From: a virus
Taxonomy: Duplodnaviria; Caudoviricetes
Length of the DNA stretch: 30,252 nucleotides
Strand: one strand, 5' to 3'
IMG/VR virus record: IMGVR_UViG_3300030397_000323
Coordinates: 1 to 30,252 of that record
Positions 1 to 9,597 of this stretch are shown here, one piece after another (position 1 is the first letter of the stretch; every line of letters starts with the position of its first letter). The position numbers and the translations under genes are program-made. The notes beneath the pieces were generated by a model. That model worked only from the letters and a program-made list of their open reading frames with translations, searched no databases and was not told where the DNA came from.

Positions 1-17
1 GTTTCCCAGTCACGATC
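1..17 (+). other. Untrimmed random-amplification primer (Round A/B primer B, GTTTCCCAGTCACGATC); technical artefact
   Basis: Exact match at the contig end to the primer used in Round A/B (SISPA-like) random PCR. Bases 18-26 may derive from its N9 tail. Confidence 0.9.
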
Positions 18-33
18 TAGTGAGGGGGGCGTC

Positions 34-381
34 GTGTCGAATGCCACGTTAATTCAATCCAAGAAGGATATTGGATTACTCAATCGGGCGATTCAGGAGC
101 AGTGGCCTACTACACCGGAAGTTCGGACTCGCGCACTGAACGAACTGGTCAAGTTGACACGCAGTCGAGACAAGCAAGTAAAGCTAGCGGCAATCGACCA
201 GTTGAGAAAAATTGATAAACACAACTTCGATATGGCAAAGGCAGCAATTCCCACGCTGCACTGGCACCAGCACTCGCATGGAGATGGGACCGAGCCGAAT
301 GAGGAGATGAGTTTGCATGACCGACGGAAGGCTATCGCTCGAAGAATTGAAAGCCTTGAGCGATACGGCCAGCACGCCTGA
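34..381 (+). CDS. Hypothetical helical protein upstream of terminase (HxHxH motif)
   Basis: GTG start after a GAGGGG RBS. Helical character and HWHQHSH tract; overlaps the next gene by 65 nt. Confidence 0.65.
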   Translation: MSNATLIQSKKDIGLLNRAIQEQWPTTPEVRTRALNELVKLTRSRDKQVKLAAIDQLRKIDKHNFDMAKAAIPTLHWHQHSHGDGTEPNEEMSLHDRRKAIARRIESLERYGQHA

Positions 382-919
382 AGACTTTGCCGTACTTGAG
401 CGCCAGTTACAGGCATTCGAACTGGCAGATACTGAAACCGCACGACAGAAAGCAACACTCGAACAACTACAACAGCAGGCAGCAGCGTGGTTAATTGGTG
501 TTTCGACGAAGCATTTACGAGACCAAGGCGTTGCGCGAAATCGTGACAGCACCTACAACGGCCCGGATCTAGTGCAGTGGATTATTGACCGAAAGGTGAC
601 GGAGGCCCGGAAGGAATGGGAACGGAACAGCGATGTCGAGAACACGGCCAAAGAACGGCAGGCACTGGCCCGCGCGGAAAAACTAGAAGAGGAAGCCAAA
701 GCCCTGAAGGATACACATATCGAACGGGCTCAGGTGACACAGGCGTTCAAAGAAATGGCGGCGGCTGTGCGGTCAGAACTGGAACTTCTGCGGAAACTGA
801 TGGCCAACGACTTTCCGGAGGAGTATCGGGTGGAACTGTCACAGGAACTGGCTAACCACACAAAGCAGGTATTGCGACGATTGGCAGCACGGGGGCAACA
901 AGTTGAGTCTGCTGAATGA
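317..919 (+). CDS. Terminase small subunit, Nu1-like
   Basis: Winged-HTH-like QQQAAAWLIGVSTKHLRD...YNGPDLVQW followed by a coiled coil (ERQALARAEKLEEE...IERAQV). Overlaps the start of the large terminase. Confidence 0.8.
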   Translation: MTDGRLSLEELKALSDTASTPEDFAVLERQLQAFELADTETARQKATLEQLQQQAAAWLIGVSTKHLRDQGVARNRDSTYNGPDLVQWIIDRKVTEARKEWERNSDVENTAKERQALARAEKLEEEAKALKDTHIERAQVTQAFKEMAAAVRSELELLRKLMANDFPEEYRVELSQELANHTKQVLRRLAARGQQVESAE

Positions 920-2825
920 AGTCTGGCCCGTGTTTGCACCCGCCACCGATATGGGGCTCGCGGAATACTCGATTCGAAAGATTGTGAACGATGAAGGGCG
1001 GCCGTTCGATCATCTGGCGTTTCCGCACATGGTCGCTCCAGGCGGCCCGATGGATGCCTTCGACGCGCCTTGGGTGCGGGAGATTGTAGAACAAATGGCC
1101 AGTCGTCTGGGAAAGACATTTCTAATTCTATGCGGGTCTCTGTACTACGCCGAGCTGGCGCCGTGCAACCAGATTCTGGCCGGGAACATTCAGGACCTTG
1201 GTATGCAGCAGGCGGAGCGCGTGCGCAATATGGGGGCGTACAACCCCGCGTTCAACGGCAGTGGTTTGCAGCGGTCGCAAAAACGCAGGCTGGAATTCAA
1301 CGGCAACACGATTCACGCGGCGTGGTCGCGGTCGCCCGTTACTCTGTCCAATATTAACGCACTGTTTGGTGGCGCATCGGAGCTCGACTTGTGGGAACAC
1401 CTAACAACGTCAAAGCATCCGGACCCTGAGGAAATGTTTGGGGACCGCTTCAAAGACAACGACCCGATTCGGAAAGAAATTTACGAGTCTATCCCGACAC
1501 TCAAGGGCACGTATGTGGCGGCCGACGGTAGAGAGCGCCCGCGCAGTCGTATCGAAGCGCGACGTCTGGCCGGATCCGATTGTCGTTTCTGGGTGTCGTG
1601 TCGTTTTTGTGGCTGTCCGCAGGTCCTGCAGATCGATCGTGTATCACTGAAGGGATATCGCTGTGAAGGATGCGACAAGCACATTTCGGACGAACACCGG
1701 AAACAGTTTATTCGGTCAGGCGTCTGGGCGCCGCGTGGCTGTACGGTAAAACCAGAAGCGGCGGCACTGGCGGCCGCCACCCGACTGGAGCTGCTGGACC
1801 GTGTTACCGAACTCTCACCGGACGATCCGCAAACGGAAGAGTTGAGAGCAGACCTGCGGTGGAAAGGCTGGTCAGAGTGCGACTACATCGAAGGAGAACC
1901 GGACCAGATCGGCGACGTTGAGAGTTATCAGCTGTCGTCGTTGTATGCGTTGTCACTGTCATGGCGCCGCATCATGCAGGAAGATCACGAATCGCAAAAC
2001 TTCATTAACCAGTGGCTCGGTGAGACGGCTGAGGTTGACGAAGCGGACGAGATCGATCTGGATGCGGAGGCGCGGTCGCTAGCGAACGTCATCACAGGTG
2101 AACTTCCGGAAGGCGAGTTGCCGGAGTGGGCCGAGCTGAAGGTGATGACGATTGACAGGCAGAAGCGAGTGTTGCCGTGGATGATTTCGGGCTGGTCGCG
2201 CGATGATGCACTGAAGGTACATGTGCCGCGCTGCGGTAATGTATTGTCGTTTGATGAACTTGAAGCGATTGTGGAGAAGGAAAAGCCTAGCGTCATCTTG
2301 ATGGACTGCGGCTATCTACAACAGGACACGTATGACTGGTGCCTGAAAATGACCAAAGCGGGCTGGAAGTGTTTTCCCTGCAAAGGCTCAAAGGCATCTG
2401 TGGTGCAGCAGCACTACAAACTGAGTGTGATTGAGGACGCTAAGGGGCGCAAGTCCACATACCGACGCCTGAAACGGATCGATATCAACACGCAATCAAC
2501 ACAGGAATGGGTGACCGAGCTGCTGGAGGACCGTACAGCTATTCGGTTGTGGAACTCGGACCAGTTTGCAATCTGCCGTCAGTTGCTGAACGAAGTGGAA
2601 ACCGTCAAGCGAACCAGCCGCACATGGGACCGCATTGACTCTACCCCAAACGACCAGCGTGACAATCTGCGGTACGCCTTTGTTGGGGCAATGATTGCGG
2701 CGACGCGCAGTCGCAGCAGTAAACGTGACAGCCGAGCCGAACAAGAGTCGGCAGAAAAACCTAAAGAGTTTCGAGCGGTTGGTCCGTCGAAACGGCCCGT
2801 GTTAACACTTAAGAAGGGAATGTAA
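903..2825 (+). CDS. Terminase large subunit, GpA family
   Basis: Walker A-like ASRLGKT, SIPT motif, Zn ribbon CRFCG...CEGC, YQLSSLY and NFINQWLGET, nuclease acidic motifs TIDRQ, MDCGY and NDQRD...YA. Confidence 0.93.
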   Translation: MSLLNEVWPVFAPATDMGLAEYSIRKIVNDEGRPFDHLAFPHMVAPGGPMDAFDAPWVREIVEQMASRLGKTFLILCGSLYYAELAPCNQILAGNIQDLGMQQAERVRNMGAYNPAFNGSGLQRSQKRRLEFNGNTIHAAWSRSPVTLSNINALFGGASELDLWEHLTTSKHPDPEEMFGDRFKDNDPIRKEIYESIPTLKGTYVAADGRERPRSRIEARRLAGSDCRFWVSCRFCGCPQVLQIDRVSLKGYRCEGCDKHISDEHRKQFIRSGVWAPRGCTVKPEAAALAAATRLELLDRVTELSPDDPQTEELRADLRWKGWSECDYIEGEPDQIGDVESYQLSSLYALSLSWRRIMQEDHESQNFINQWLGETAEVDEADEIDLDAEARSLANVITGELPEGELPEWAELKVMTIDRQKRVLPWMISGWSRDDALKVHVPRCGNVLSFDELEAIVEKEKPSVILMDCGYLQQDTYDWCLKMTKAGWKCFPCKGSKASVVQQHYKLSVIEDAKGRKSTYRRLKRIDINTQSTQEWVTELLEDRTAIRLWNSDQFAICRQLLNEVETVKRTSRTWDRIDSTPNDQRDNLRYAFVGAMIAATRSRSSKRDSRAEQESAEKPKEFRAVGPSKRPVLTLKKGM

Positions 2826-2828
2826 TTC

Positions 2829-3164
2829 ATGGCGAAAAAAGCTCAGAACACGAACGTAACAGCACCACAGCGTGTGTCACGGCCACGCGTAGATGCTGGA
2901 CCATGCCCGGCATCCGCGTCACACAAAAACACCGTCGTTTACAAAACGGCAGGCCGTGTTCGGCGATGCAAGTGCAATGATTGCGGAATGACATGGAAGA
3001 AGATAGGACCGTTTGCGGACGAACTGCGAGAATATGCTGTGAATCTTGCCGATTCACTGGCATCAACAGGACGCACAGATATTGGCGACGGTCCTGTCGT
3101 AATGATCGAAGATGGCACCGCGAAAGCCATCACAGACAAACTACGAACACTGGCCGCGTCGTAG
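2829..3164 (+). CDS. Ogr/Delta-like zinc-ribbon protein, putative late transcription regulator
   Basis: CPASASH...VRRCKCNDCGMTWK resembles the Ogr CPxC...RxxxCxxCGxTF fold, with His in place of the second Cys. Confidence 0.6.
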   Translation: MAKKAQNTNVTAPQRVSRPRVDAGPCPASASHKNTVVYKTAGRVRRCKCNDCGMTWKKIGPFADELREYAVNLADSLASTGRTDIGDGPVVMIEDGTAKAITDKLRTLAAS

Positions 3165-3216
3165 TCCTATAGTCTTCCGATATGGACTGTTGTTGTTGTC
3201 GTGACACACTGCACGC
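3162..3216 (+). promoter_or_regulatory. Putative activator-dependent late promoter giving leaderless mRNA
   Basis: Extended -10-like TGaCACACT (3202-3210) lies 6 nt before ATG 3217, with no RBS and no -35. An imperfect inverted repeat AGTCCTATA...TATGGACT sits at 3163-3188. Confidence 0.4.
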
Positions 3217-3459
3217 ATGACAACAGCGGCAAGTCAATTGGCACTCGTGGAAGCTCGCATCACAGCCCTACTAACGGCGGAGGTTGATGGGGAGACGCAA
3301 TCGTATACGACGTCCGACGGACGTTCATGGAGTCGCGTCGAGCGAGACAAAGAGCTTGAGTCACTGCGAAAGCTTTCTGAGTCGTACACACGACGAGTTG
3401 CTGCTGGAAGGCGAGGTGTTCGCGCTATACGCCGGGTGCGTGCTGGAGGGCCAGCATAA
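3217..3459 (+). CDS. Head completion / head-tail joining protein, gpW-like
   Basis: 80 aa, helix-hairpin-helix pattern (QSYTTSDGRSWSR...LESLRKL), located between terminase and lambda-type portal. Confidence 0.75.
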   Translation: MTTAASQLALVEARITALLTAEVDGETQSYTTSDGRSWSRVERDKELESLRKLSESYTRRVAAGRRGVRAIRRVRAGGPA

Positions 3460-5003
3460 TGCTCGACGCACTACGGCGATTTGTCAGTAAACCAGCGAAG
3501 AAGACAAAGAGTGAACGCACCAAGGCAGCACAGTTTTTTGATGGGTTTCGTGAGCGTGCAATTGCAGGCGGGGGCTTTCATGGCGGGCAAAGTGATCGGC
3601 TAAACGATGACTGGAAGCCGGGCACAATTGGCCCCAATCGAATGGTGCAGATGAATGGGCAGCTTCTTAGGGAGCGTGCCTGGGATCTGTATATCAATAA
3701 TCCATTCGCAAACTCAGTCATTGACGCGATGCTGGCAAATGTCATTGAGTGCGGATTGTTGCCGGAACGCGATGAGTCGTGGGAAAAGTCCTGGGCACGA
3801 TGGGGCGGATTGACAGCTCACAGCGACAATGACGCCGATCTTACGCGTGATCAAACGATAAATGAATTGCAGATCACCTGGCTGCGGGAGGTGTTTGTCG
3901 GTGGCGGAGCTTTGGTGCATTACCGCAACTTGCCGAGACGGTCGCAGGAGATTCCGCTGGCGCTCGAAATTATCGGAGAGGAGCGATTTGCTGAACATGT
4001 CATGCAGGCGGGACCGAATCCGAAAACGGCGAATCCCGTCTATAACGGCATCGAGGTTGATGTAGCAACAGGCCGCACAGTGGCTTGGCATGTCCGGAAA
4101 GGGCAGCCGAACGATCTCAACTTTGATCCGGAAGAGGCGGTGCGCATTCCAGTGCAGCGTGGACACTACAGCTATTTTAAATGGCGCGCCAACGCCAAGC
4201 GAGGTACAACAAAATTGCGCACGGTCATCAGTTGGTTGTGGTCAATTGGGTACTACGCAGACAATGAGTTGATCAACTCGGACATTAAGTCGCGGTGGGC
4301 GTATATGATTCTCACCGATGGCGATTCGGACGTAGAGTGGGCCGATCTGAACGAGCATTCCGAATCCACTGTCGATGCGTACGGTAACACACTCGAAAAC
4401 GTTCAGCGTGGGTCCATTTTTCGAGGCTTTCCGGGCGACCAGATCGCACCCGTCGGGCCAAATGTACCAGCAAGTGATTGCGTGCCTTGGCTGGCCCTCA
4501 TGTTGCGAATTATCGCTGTTGGCGCTGGCGTATCGTATGAAGAGGCATATCGAGACTACACCAAAGGCTCGTGGTCCTCAGTGCGGGCAGCGATGTCGTC
4601 GGACAAAAAACGATTCCGGCCACTACAGGAATTCGGAATCAATCATTTCGGCAACCCGACAGTGCGCCGGTTCGACGAAACGGCGGTGGCAAACTATGCC
4701 GCTGGCTTCCCGTCTCCAGTGACGTGGCTAACACAACGGGATGAGACTTGGGACCGTCAGGAATGGTCGGCGCCTGGGTGGGAGTCACCGAATCCCAAAG
4801 ACGACCAGATGGCGAACAAACTCGGACTTGAAACCGGATCGCTGACACATCAGGAGATACAGGGCCGCAAGGGGCGGAACTGGAAGAAGCACTTTAAACA
4901 GCGGGCACTTGAGCAGGGTACGGAGGGTTATCCGGACCCACCTGGCCAGCAGTCCGGCGTGAATGCGCAGCAATCGCAGGAGGCGTTCGACGATGGCGAG
5001 TAA
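3459..5003 (+). CDS. Portal protein, lambda family
   Basis: LRERAWDLYINNPFA, NGIEVD...GRTVAWHV, RIIAVGAGVSYE...DYTKGSWSSVRA, W-x-x-PGW...NPKDD. Confidence 0.93.
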   Translation: MLDALRRFVSKPAKKTKSERTKAAQFFDGFRERAIAGGGFHGGQSDRLNDDWKPGTIGPNRMVQMNGQLLRERAWDLYINNPFANSVIDAMLANVIECGLLPERDESWEKSWARWGGLTAHSDNDADLTRDQTINELQITWLREVFVGGGALVHYRNLPRRSQEIPLALEIIGEERFAEHVMQAGPNPKTANPVYNGIEVDVATGRTVAWHVRKGQPNDLNFDPEEAVRIPVQRGHYSYFKWRANAKRGTTKLRTVISWLWSIGYYADNELINSDIKSRWAYMILTDGDSDVEWADLNEHSESTVDAYGNTLENVQRGSIFRGFPGDQIAPVGPNVPASDCVPWLALMLRIIAVGAGVSYEEAYRDYTKGSWSSVRAAMSSDKKRFRPLQEFGINHFGNPTVRRFDETAVANYAAGFPSPVTWLTQRDETWDRQEWSAPGWESPNPKDDQMANKLGLETGSLTHQEIQGRKGRNWKKHFKQRALEQGTEGYPDPPGQQSGVNAQQSQEAFDDGE

Positions 5004-7524
5004 GTACCGGCATGTTCTCAAGGCTGTGTATGGCAATCAGTGGGCGATTCTGCCAGAAAAAATGGAGCAGATCACGGAACTGCTCCAACTGAGAGCGCAG
5101 GGAGTCACACTGACGCGAGAACAGATTGCCGATCGGGTGGGTCTGTTCGATGCGCCGAAGAATCACAGCACGCCGCAGATTGCGGTACTAAACCTGTTCG
5201 GAACGATCAGTCATCGAATGAACGCGTTTTCGTCGTTCAGCGGTGGAACGTCGACCGAACAGTTTCAGCAAGCGTTCTTGGAGGCCAGAGACAACTCCAA
5301 TGTTGTAGCCATTGTCATCAACGCCGATACGCCTGGCGGGTCGGTTCCAGGCGTGCCCGAGCTGTCGGATTTGATCTACGAAAGCCGGGGAATTAAACCA
5401 ATCAAAACGGTTGTTAATCCGATGATGGCATCAGCCGGCGTCTGGATCGGCACCGCCGCCGATGAGGTGATTGCGATTCCCTCGGCCTCAGATATCGGGT
5501 CGATTGGCGTACTGACGATGCATACAGAGCACAGCAAAGCGGACGAGTCGGACGGGTACAAAACGACAATTATTCAGTCCGTCAACTTTAAGGCTGAAGG
5601 CAATAGTTACGAACCACTGAGTGAAGCCGCTTTGGAACATTTTCAGTCGCGAGTGATGTCGATTCATCACGAGTTTGTCGATGCGGTTGCCCGTAATCGC
5701 GATGTCACTGCACAAAAGGTCGAATCCGACTTCGGACGAGGCCGGACGATGCGGGCACAGGAAGCACTTCAGGCGGGGCTAGTTGATCGGATTGCCACGC
5801 TGGATCAAGTCATCAAGGAACTCGGCGAACAAGCCGGGTCAACGTCTGGTGTGGCGGCTGTTCAGTCGCCGAGTTCCCTAACTTTGGAGATAGAAAAAAT
5901 GGATTCGAAACTAAAAGCTGCGCTGGTTAAGGCCGGACTGTGCAAGGTCAGCGATGATGAAAACACATTTGAGCAGGCGCTGAGTCTGCACTGTGAAGCG
6001 GAGGGCGTTAATGCGTCGGATGCGGCGGCGGTACTGGAGTCATTTGCACCGACCACGCAACTGGTGGCATCGACACTAAGTACCGGTGTTGTAGAGACCA
6101 CGACCACGCAGACAAGTTCTGTGTCCGGTATGTCACAGGAAGATTTACTGGCAACGATTCGTGTCTCAGCAGTGCCAAAAGAACAGCAGATGGATCTGCT
6201 CACCGCACTTACGCCAGAGCTGGCGACGCTGTCGCAATCTCAGATTTTGGACCGCATTGATGCGGAGATTCAAAAACATCAGGCGACGCCTGGCTACGAG
6301 GCACCTCGTGTCACGACCGACAGTCAGGATAAACTACACGACTCGGCTCGCGACGCAATACTGATGCGAGAAATGGGCAGCAACGCCCCGAATCAGATTT
6401 ACGACTACAAGTCGGGCGAGTACATCGATTTTAAGCCAGGGCGACAACAGTACGGGTTGCAAAGTCTTCCGAAGTTGGCTGAGCGATGCTTGGTGCAGGC
6501 CGGAGTGCCATACGAACGCGTTGCATCGTTGGCGCCAATGCACGTTGCGCAGCTGATGATGGGCGCGAACCCGGCCAGCATGGGTCTCGGCGGGATTTTG
6601 GCGAGTTCCAATGGCCCAGCGTACAACGTGTCCGGAATGTTCAGCAATATTCTGCTGGATGCTGCGAACGTAATGTTGCGGCGATCATATGACGACGCAC
6701 GTACGACGTTCCAGTTGTGGATGCGTCAGGCTGCAAGTATCAGCGACTTCAAGCTGGTCAATAAGGTAATTGCCGGAGAACTCGGTGATCCGCAGGCGGT
6801 TCCAGAAGACGGTGAGTTTGAAGAAACAACACTGTCAGACGGAAAGGAATCGTACAAGCTGACCGTATGGGGTTCGATCTTCAGTCACAGCTGGCAGTTG
6901 ATCGTCAATGATCAGTTGAGCAGCTTTACTGAGATTCCCGCCAAGATGGGTCGGTCGATGCGGCGGAAGCAAAACCGTTTGGCGTATGGCGTTGTGAACG
7001 ATAACGCCGCGCTGTCCGACAATGTGGCGCTGTTCCACTCAAGTCATTCAAACCGTAGTACGGGAGCCAACGCCGACGCGGCAGCCATCAAGGCTAAGTG
7101 GGTGACGTTGGAAAAACGAATGGCTGAACAAACGGGGCTGGATGCGGATAGTGGAGCTCTGAATCTGGAGCCTCGTTGGGTTGTTGCTCCGCCAGCACTG
7201 CGGGACACGATTCAGACCGCTCTTAATTCCACGTCGTTGAGTACAGGAAACCCAGGCATCACAAACACTTTCCAAGGCAAGTACGAACTTGTCACAGATG
7301 CACAGATGGGGGCCGCTCAGGGTGGATCGGATACGCGATACGTTCTGGCGGCTGATCACGGCGATGTAGACACCATCGAATACGCCTATTTGCAGGGTTT
7401 GGAGGCGCCTGTGATTGAACAGGAAGTGTCATTCACTTCGCTCGGAATGAAGCGGCGTATTTACCAGGCGTTTGCGTCCAAGGCGATCGACTATCGAGGC
7501 CTGCAAGACGACACCGGAGTATAA
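4993..7524 (+). CDS. S49 (SppA-type) prohead protease - scaffold - major capsid protein fusion
   Basis: Start moved to ATG 4993 (AGGAGG RBS). N-terminal S49 motifs DTPGGSV, MASAGVWI and IGSIGV. C-terminal capsid motifs SDFK, VPEDGEF...GKESYKL...WQLIVND and DTIEYAYLQG. Confidence 0.9.
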   Translation: MASKYRHVLKAVYGNQWAILPEKMEQITELLQLRAQGVTLTREQIADRVGLFDAPKNHSTPQIAVLNLFGTISHRMNAFSSFSGGTSTEQFQQAFLEARDNSNVVAIVINADTPGGSVPGVPELSDLIYESRGIKPIKTVVNPMMASAGVWIGTAADEVIAIPSASDIGSIGVLTMHTEHSKADESDGYKTTIIQSVNFKAEGNSYEPLSEAALEHFQSRVMSIHHEFVDAVARNRDVTAQKVESDFGRGRTMRAQEALQAGLVDRIATLDQVIKELGEQAGSTSGVAAVQSPSSLTLEIEKMDSKLKAALVKAGLCKVSDDENTFEQALSLHCEAEGVNASDAAAVLESFAPTTQLVASTLSTGVVETTTTQTSSVSGMSQEDLLATIRVSAVPKEQQMDLLTALTPELATLSQSQILDRIDAEIQKHQATPGYEAPRVTTDSQDKLHDSARDAILMREMGSNAPNQIYDYKSGEYIDFKPGRQQYGLQSLPKLAERCLVQAGVPYERVASLAPMHVAQLMMGANPASMGLGGILASSNGPAYNVSGMFSNILLDAANVMLRRSYDDARTTFQLWMRQAASISDFKLVNKVIAGELGDPQAVPEDGEFEETTLSDGKESYKLTVWGSIFSHSWQLIVNDQLSSFTEIPAKMGRSMRRKQNRLAYGVVNDNAALSDNVALFHSSHSNRSTGANADAAAIKAKWVTLEKRMAEQTGLDADSGALNLEPRWVVAPPALRDTIQTALNSTSLSTGNPGITNTFQGKYELVTDAQMGAAQGGSDTRYVLAADHGDVDTIEYAYLQGLEAPVIEQEVSFTSLGMKRRIYQAFASKAIDYRGLQDDTGV

Positions 7525-7529
7525 GCAGC

Positions 7530-7557
7530 GGGGCGTTGAACCCCATTTTCTTGTTTT
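7530..7557 (+). terminator. Weak intrinsic terminator after capsid gene
   Basis: GGGG-cgttgaa-CCCC followed by ATTTTCTTGTTTT. Confidence 0.3.
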
Positions 7558-7585
7558 CAGCAACCCGTTCGAAAGGTATTAAGTT

Positions 7586-8257
7586 ATGACAACCGCAACA
7601 GGAACGCTTTATGAAGATGTGTTCGTAGGGCACAGAAACTATTCCGCGACAGCGGCGAGCAATGCCGGACATTCGTGGGTTATAACTGACACTAGCGCCG
7701 CAGGCTCGCCTACGTATGCAGCTGTCGATGGTGGCAGAGGAATTGCAGTCGACCTTGCGTCAACGGCAGAGGTTGAGAATGTTTGCCTGTCTTGGGGCGA
7801 CAGCCTTGGAATCGACATCGATGACATCATTGACGTCACATTTGATGTCAAGATGAATCAGGCAGCGGTGGATGCAACAACCAGTTTTGCTATCGGCCTG
7901 ACAGGCGATCGCAATGATGCAATTGATTCGATTGCACAGGCCGTGTTGTTTCGGGTTGTCGGCAGTGACGACACGACAGCACTGGTTGTGGAAACCGACG
8001 ATGGCACCACAAACAACGATGATGTTGCCACGGGAACTACGCTGATCAATGCGTACAAGCAGCTAAAAATCAGCTTTACCGCTGGTAAGTCCGACGTGCG
8101 GTTGTTTGTGGACGGCCAGCCTGTGGCCACAAGTACCACCTTCGACATGAGTGCATACGCCGGGGCTCTGCAACCGTTGGCACAGATTCAGAAAACGTCT
8201 AACGCGAATACAGACGGATTCACAGTCAAGCGGGTCTGTATCAGAGGACGCCTGTAG
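7586..8257 (+). CDS. Putative capsid decoration / cement protein (beta-rich, lectin-like)
   Basis: Directly after the capsid gene. T/A/D-rich beta pattern with VRLFVDGQPVAT. Confidence 0.55.
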   Translation: MTTATGTLYEDVFVGHRNYSATAASNAGHSWVITDTSAAGSPTYAAVDGGRGIAVDLASTAEVENVCLSWGDSLGIDIDDIIDVTFDVKMNQAAVDATTSFAIGLTGDRNDAIDSIAQAVLFRVVGSDDTTALVVETDDGTTNNDDVATGTTLINAYKQLKISFTAGKSDVRLFVDGQPVATSTTFDMSAYAGALQPLAQIQKTSNANTDGFTVKRVCIRGRL

Positions 8258-8268
8258 ACGAGTAAACG

Positions 8269-8625
8269 ATGACGCTCAATTCCCTGATTGAATCGCACGC
8301 GGAAACGGTTTTCCTCAACACAGACCATTTCGCTCAGACCGTCACGCGCGAGATTGAGGGGCAGCGGGACTACACCGCATCACAGACAGCGATTGTGTCG
8401 TCTGACGTGCGGGAAAGTCGAGAACGTGGCAAGGCGTTTGTTTACGACTACGAAATGTCGCTGGCCAGTACAGACACAGTCACGAGTGATGATACGTACC
8501 TCGTCAATTCCGAACGCTGCAAGGTGGTTCGGATTGGCAAGGCACACGACGGAATGCAGACAGTGTATCTGGCTCGTGTTGAGTCAGAACGAACAGAAGC
8601 ACGAGCAACGCGGGTTCTGCGGTGA
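8269..8625 (+). CDS. Head-tail joining (head closure, FII-like) protein
   Basis: VFLNTDHFAQTVT N-terminus, 118 aa beta-barrel pattern, genomic position. Confidence 0.6.
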   Translation: MTLNSLIESHAETVFLNTDHFAQTVTREIEGQRDYTASQTAIVSSDVRESRERGKAFVYDYEMSLASTDTVTSDDTYLVNSERCKVVRIGKAHDGMQTVYLARVESERTEARATRVLR

Positions 8626-9101
8626 ACAACAAGTTTTCCACAGTCATAGCAAACGTGAAAACAATGCTGGCTTCGCTGGCAGTTGTTCAGAGCCTGACGA
8701 ATGCCGCCAACGCATCGGAAGCGGCAGAGCATATCTACGAGTTTGCTGCCCGCGATGACGGTACAGATAAGGTGCCACGATTCATTCTGGATGTTGATGG
8801 CCTCACAGAAAGATGGTCTGCCAGTCGGTTCGGCGGAACGATACCGGTGATCGTGCATCTGGAACTGGAAATACCAAAGGTCAACGCGTTCACGCATCAG
8901 GCACAGGCGTTGTGGTTCTGGGGCAAACTTGAAACGCTGCTTGACGAGTGGGAAGCGGCAGTCAACGTTGGTGGCGGGCTGGTGAATTTGGCACGCAGTA
9001 TGTCACTGCCACCTGGGCCAGTCGAATCAGAAGACCTACCGGAATCGTTCGGAACGAATCCCGTGTGGATCTGCCAGCTGTTGTGCGAGGTGTCGACATG
9101 A
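8622..9101 (+). CDS. Putative tail terminator / neck protein
   Basis: 159 aa, GTGA overlap, alpha-beta pattern and position typical of tail terminators. Confidence 0.45.
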   Translation: MNNKFSTVIANVKTMLASLAVVQSLTNAANASEAAEHIYEFAARDDGTDKVPRFILDVDGLTERWSASRFGGTIPVIVHLELEIPKVNAFTHQAQALWFWGKLETLLDEWEAAVNVGGGLVNLARSMSLPPGPVESEDLPESFGTNPVWICQLLCEVST

Positions 9102-9592
9102 TCCATTTCGCACCCGGAGTAGATGCCAGCACACTTACACCGCGAGGCTTACGTCAGATCATGCGGGTGTGCAACCGCATCGTGATGATTGAGCATCGCA
9201 ACGACGTGGTGCCGCAGCACTTCGAGAATGTGCCGGAAACGCGCAGCGGTGGTGCATGGCGATACGCGAAACGCGATGCCAAGTATCAACGCATGAAGGC
9301 GCGGCGATACAAGCACCAGAAACCGAACGTGAAAACGGGTGAGCTTCGAAAAGCAGTGTTGGGCAGTGCCAGAGTCACTGCGACGGCAGACCGTGCAAGG
9401 CTGATTGCCAGAGGTTCACGATCCAGCCAGTTGACAACCGAGCGGCGGGCAGAAATCGAGGCGGTTTCAAGCACTGAGGAAGCGTCAAAGCGTGAGCGAT
9501 GGCAGGAACTGTTCAACAGTTTCAAAGACCAGCCACAGTACCAGAAACGAATACGAAAACGCGGCGCCGATGGCCGCTTCACTAAGGGGTAA
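9098..9592 (+). CDS. Putative tail completion / virion morphogenesis protein
   Basis: Start moved to ATG 9098 (ATGA overlap, GAGGTG RBS). Basic protein with Y..MKARRY...PNVKTGELRK and C-terminal RGADGRFTKG. Confidence 0.6.
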   Translation: MIHFAPGVDASTLTPRGLRQIMRVCNRIVMIEHRNDVVPQHFENVPETRSGGAWRYAKRDAKYQRMKARRYKHQKPNVKTGELRKAVLGSARVTATADRARLIARGSRSSQLTTERRAEIEAVSSTEEASKRERWQELFNSFKDQPQYQKRIRKRGADGRFTKG

Positions 9593-9597
9593 CAGTT

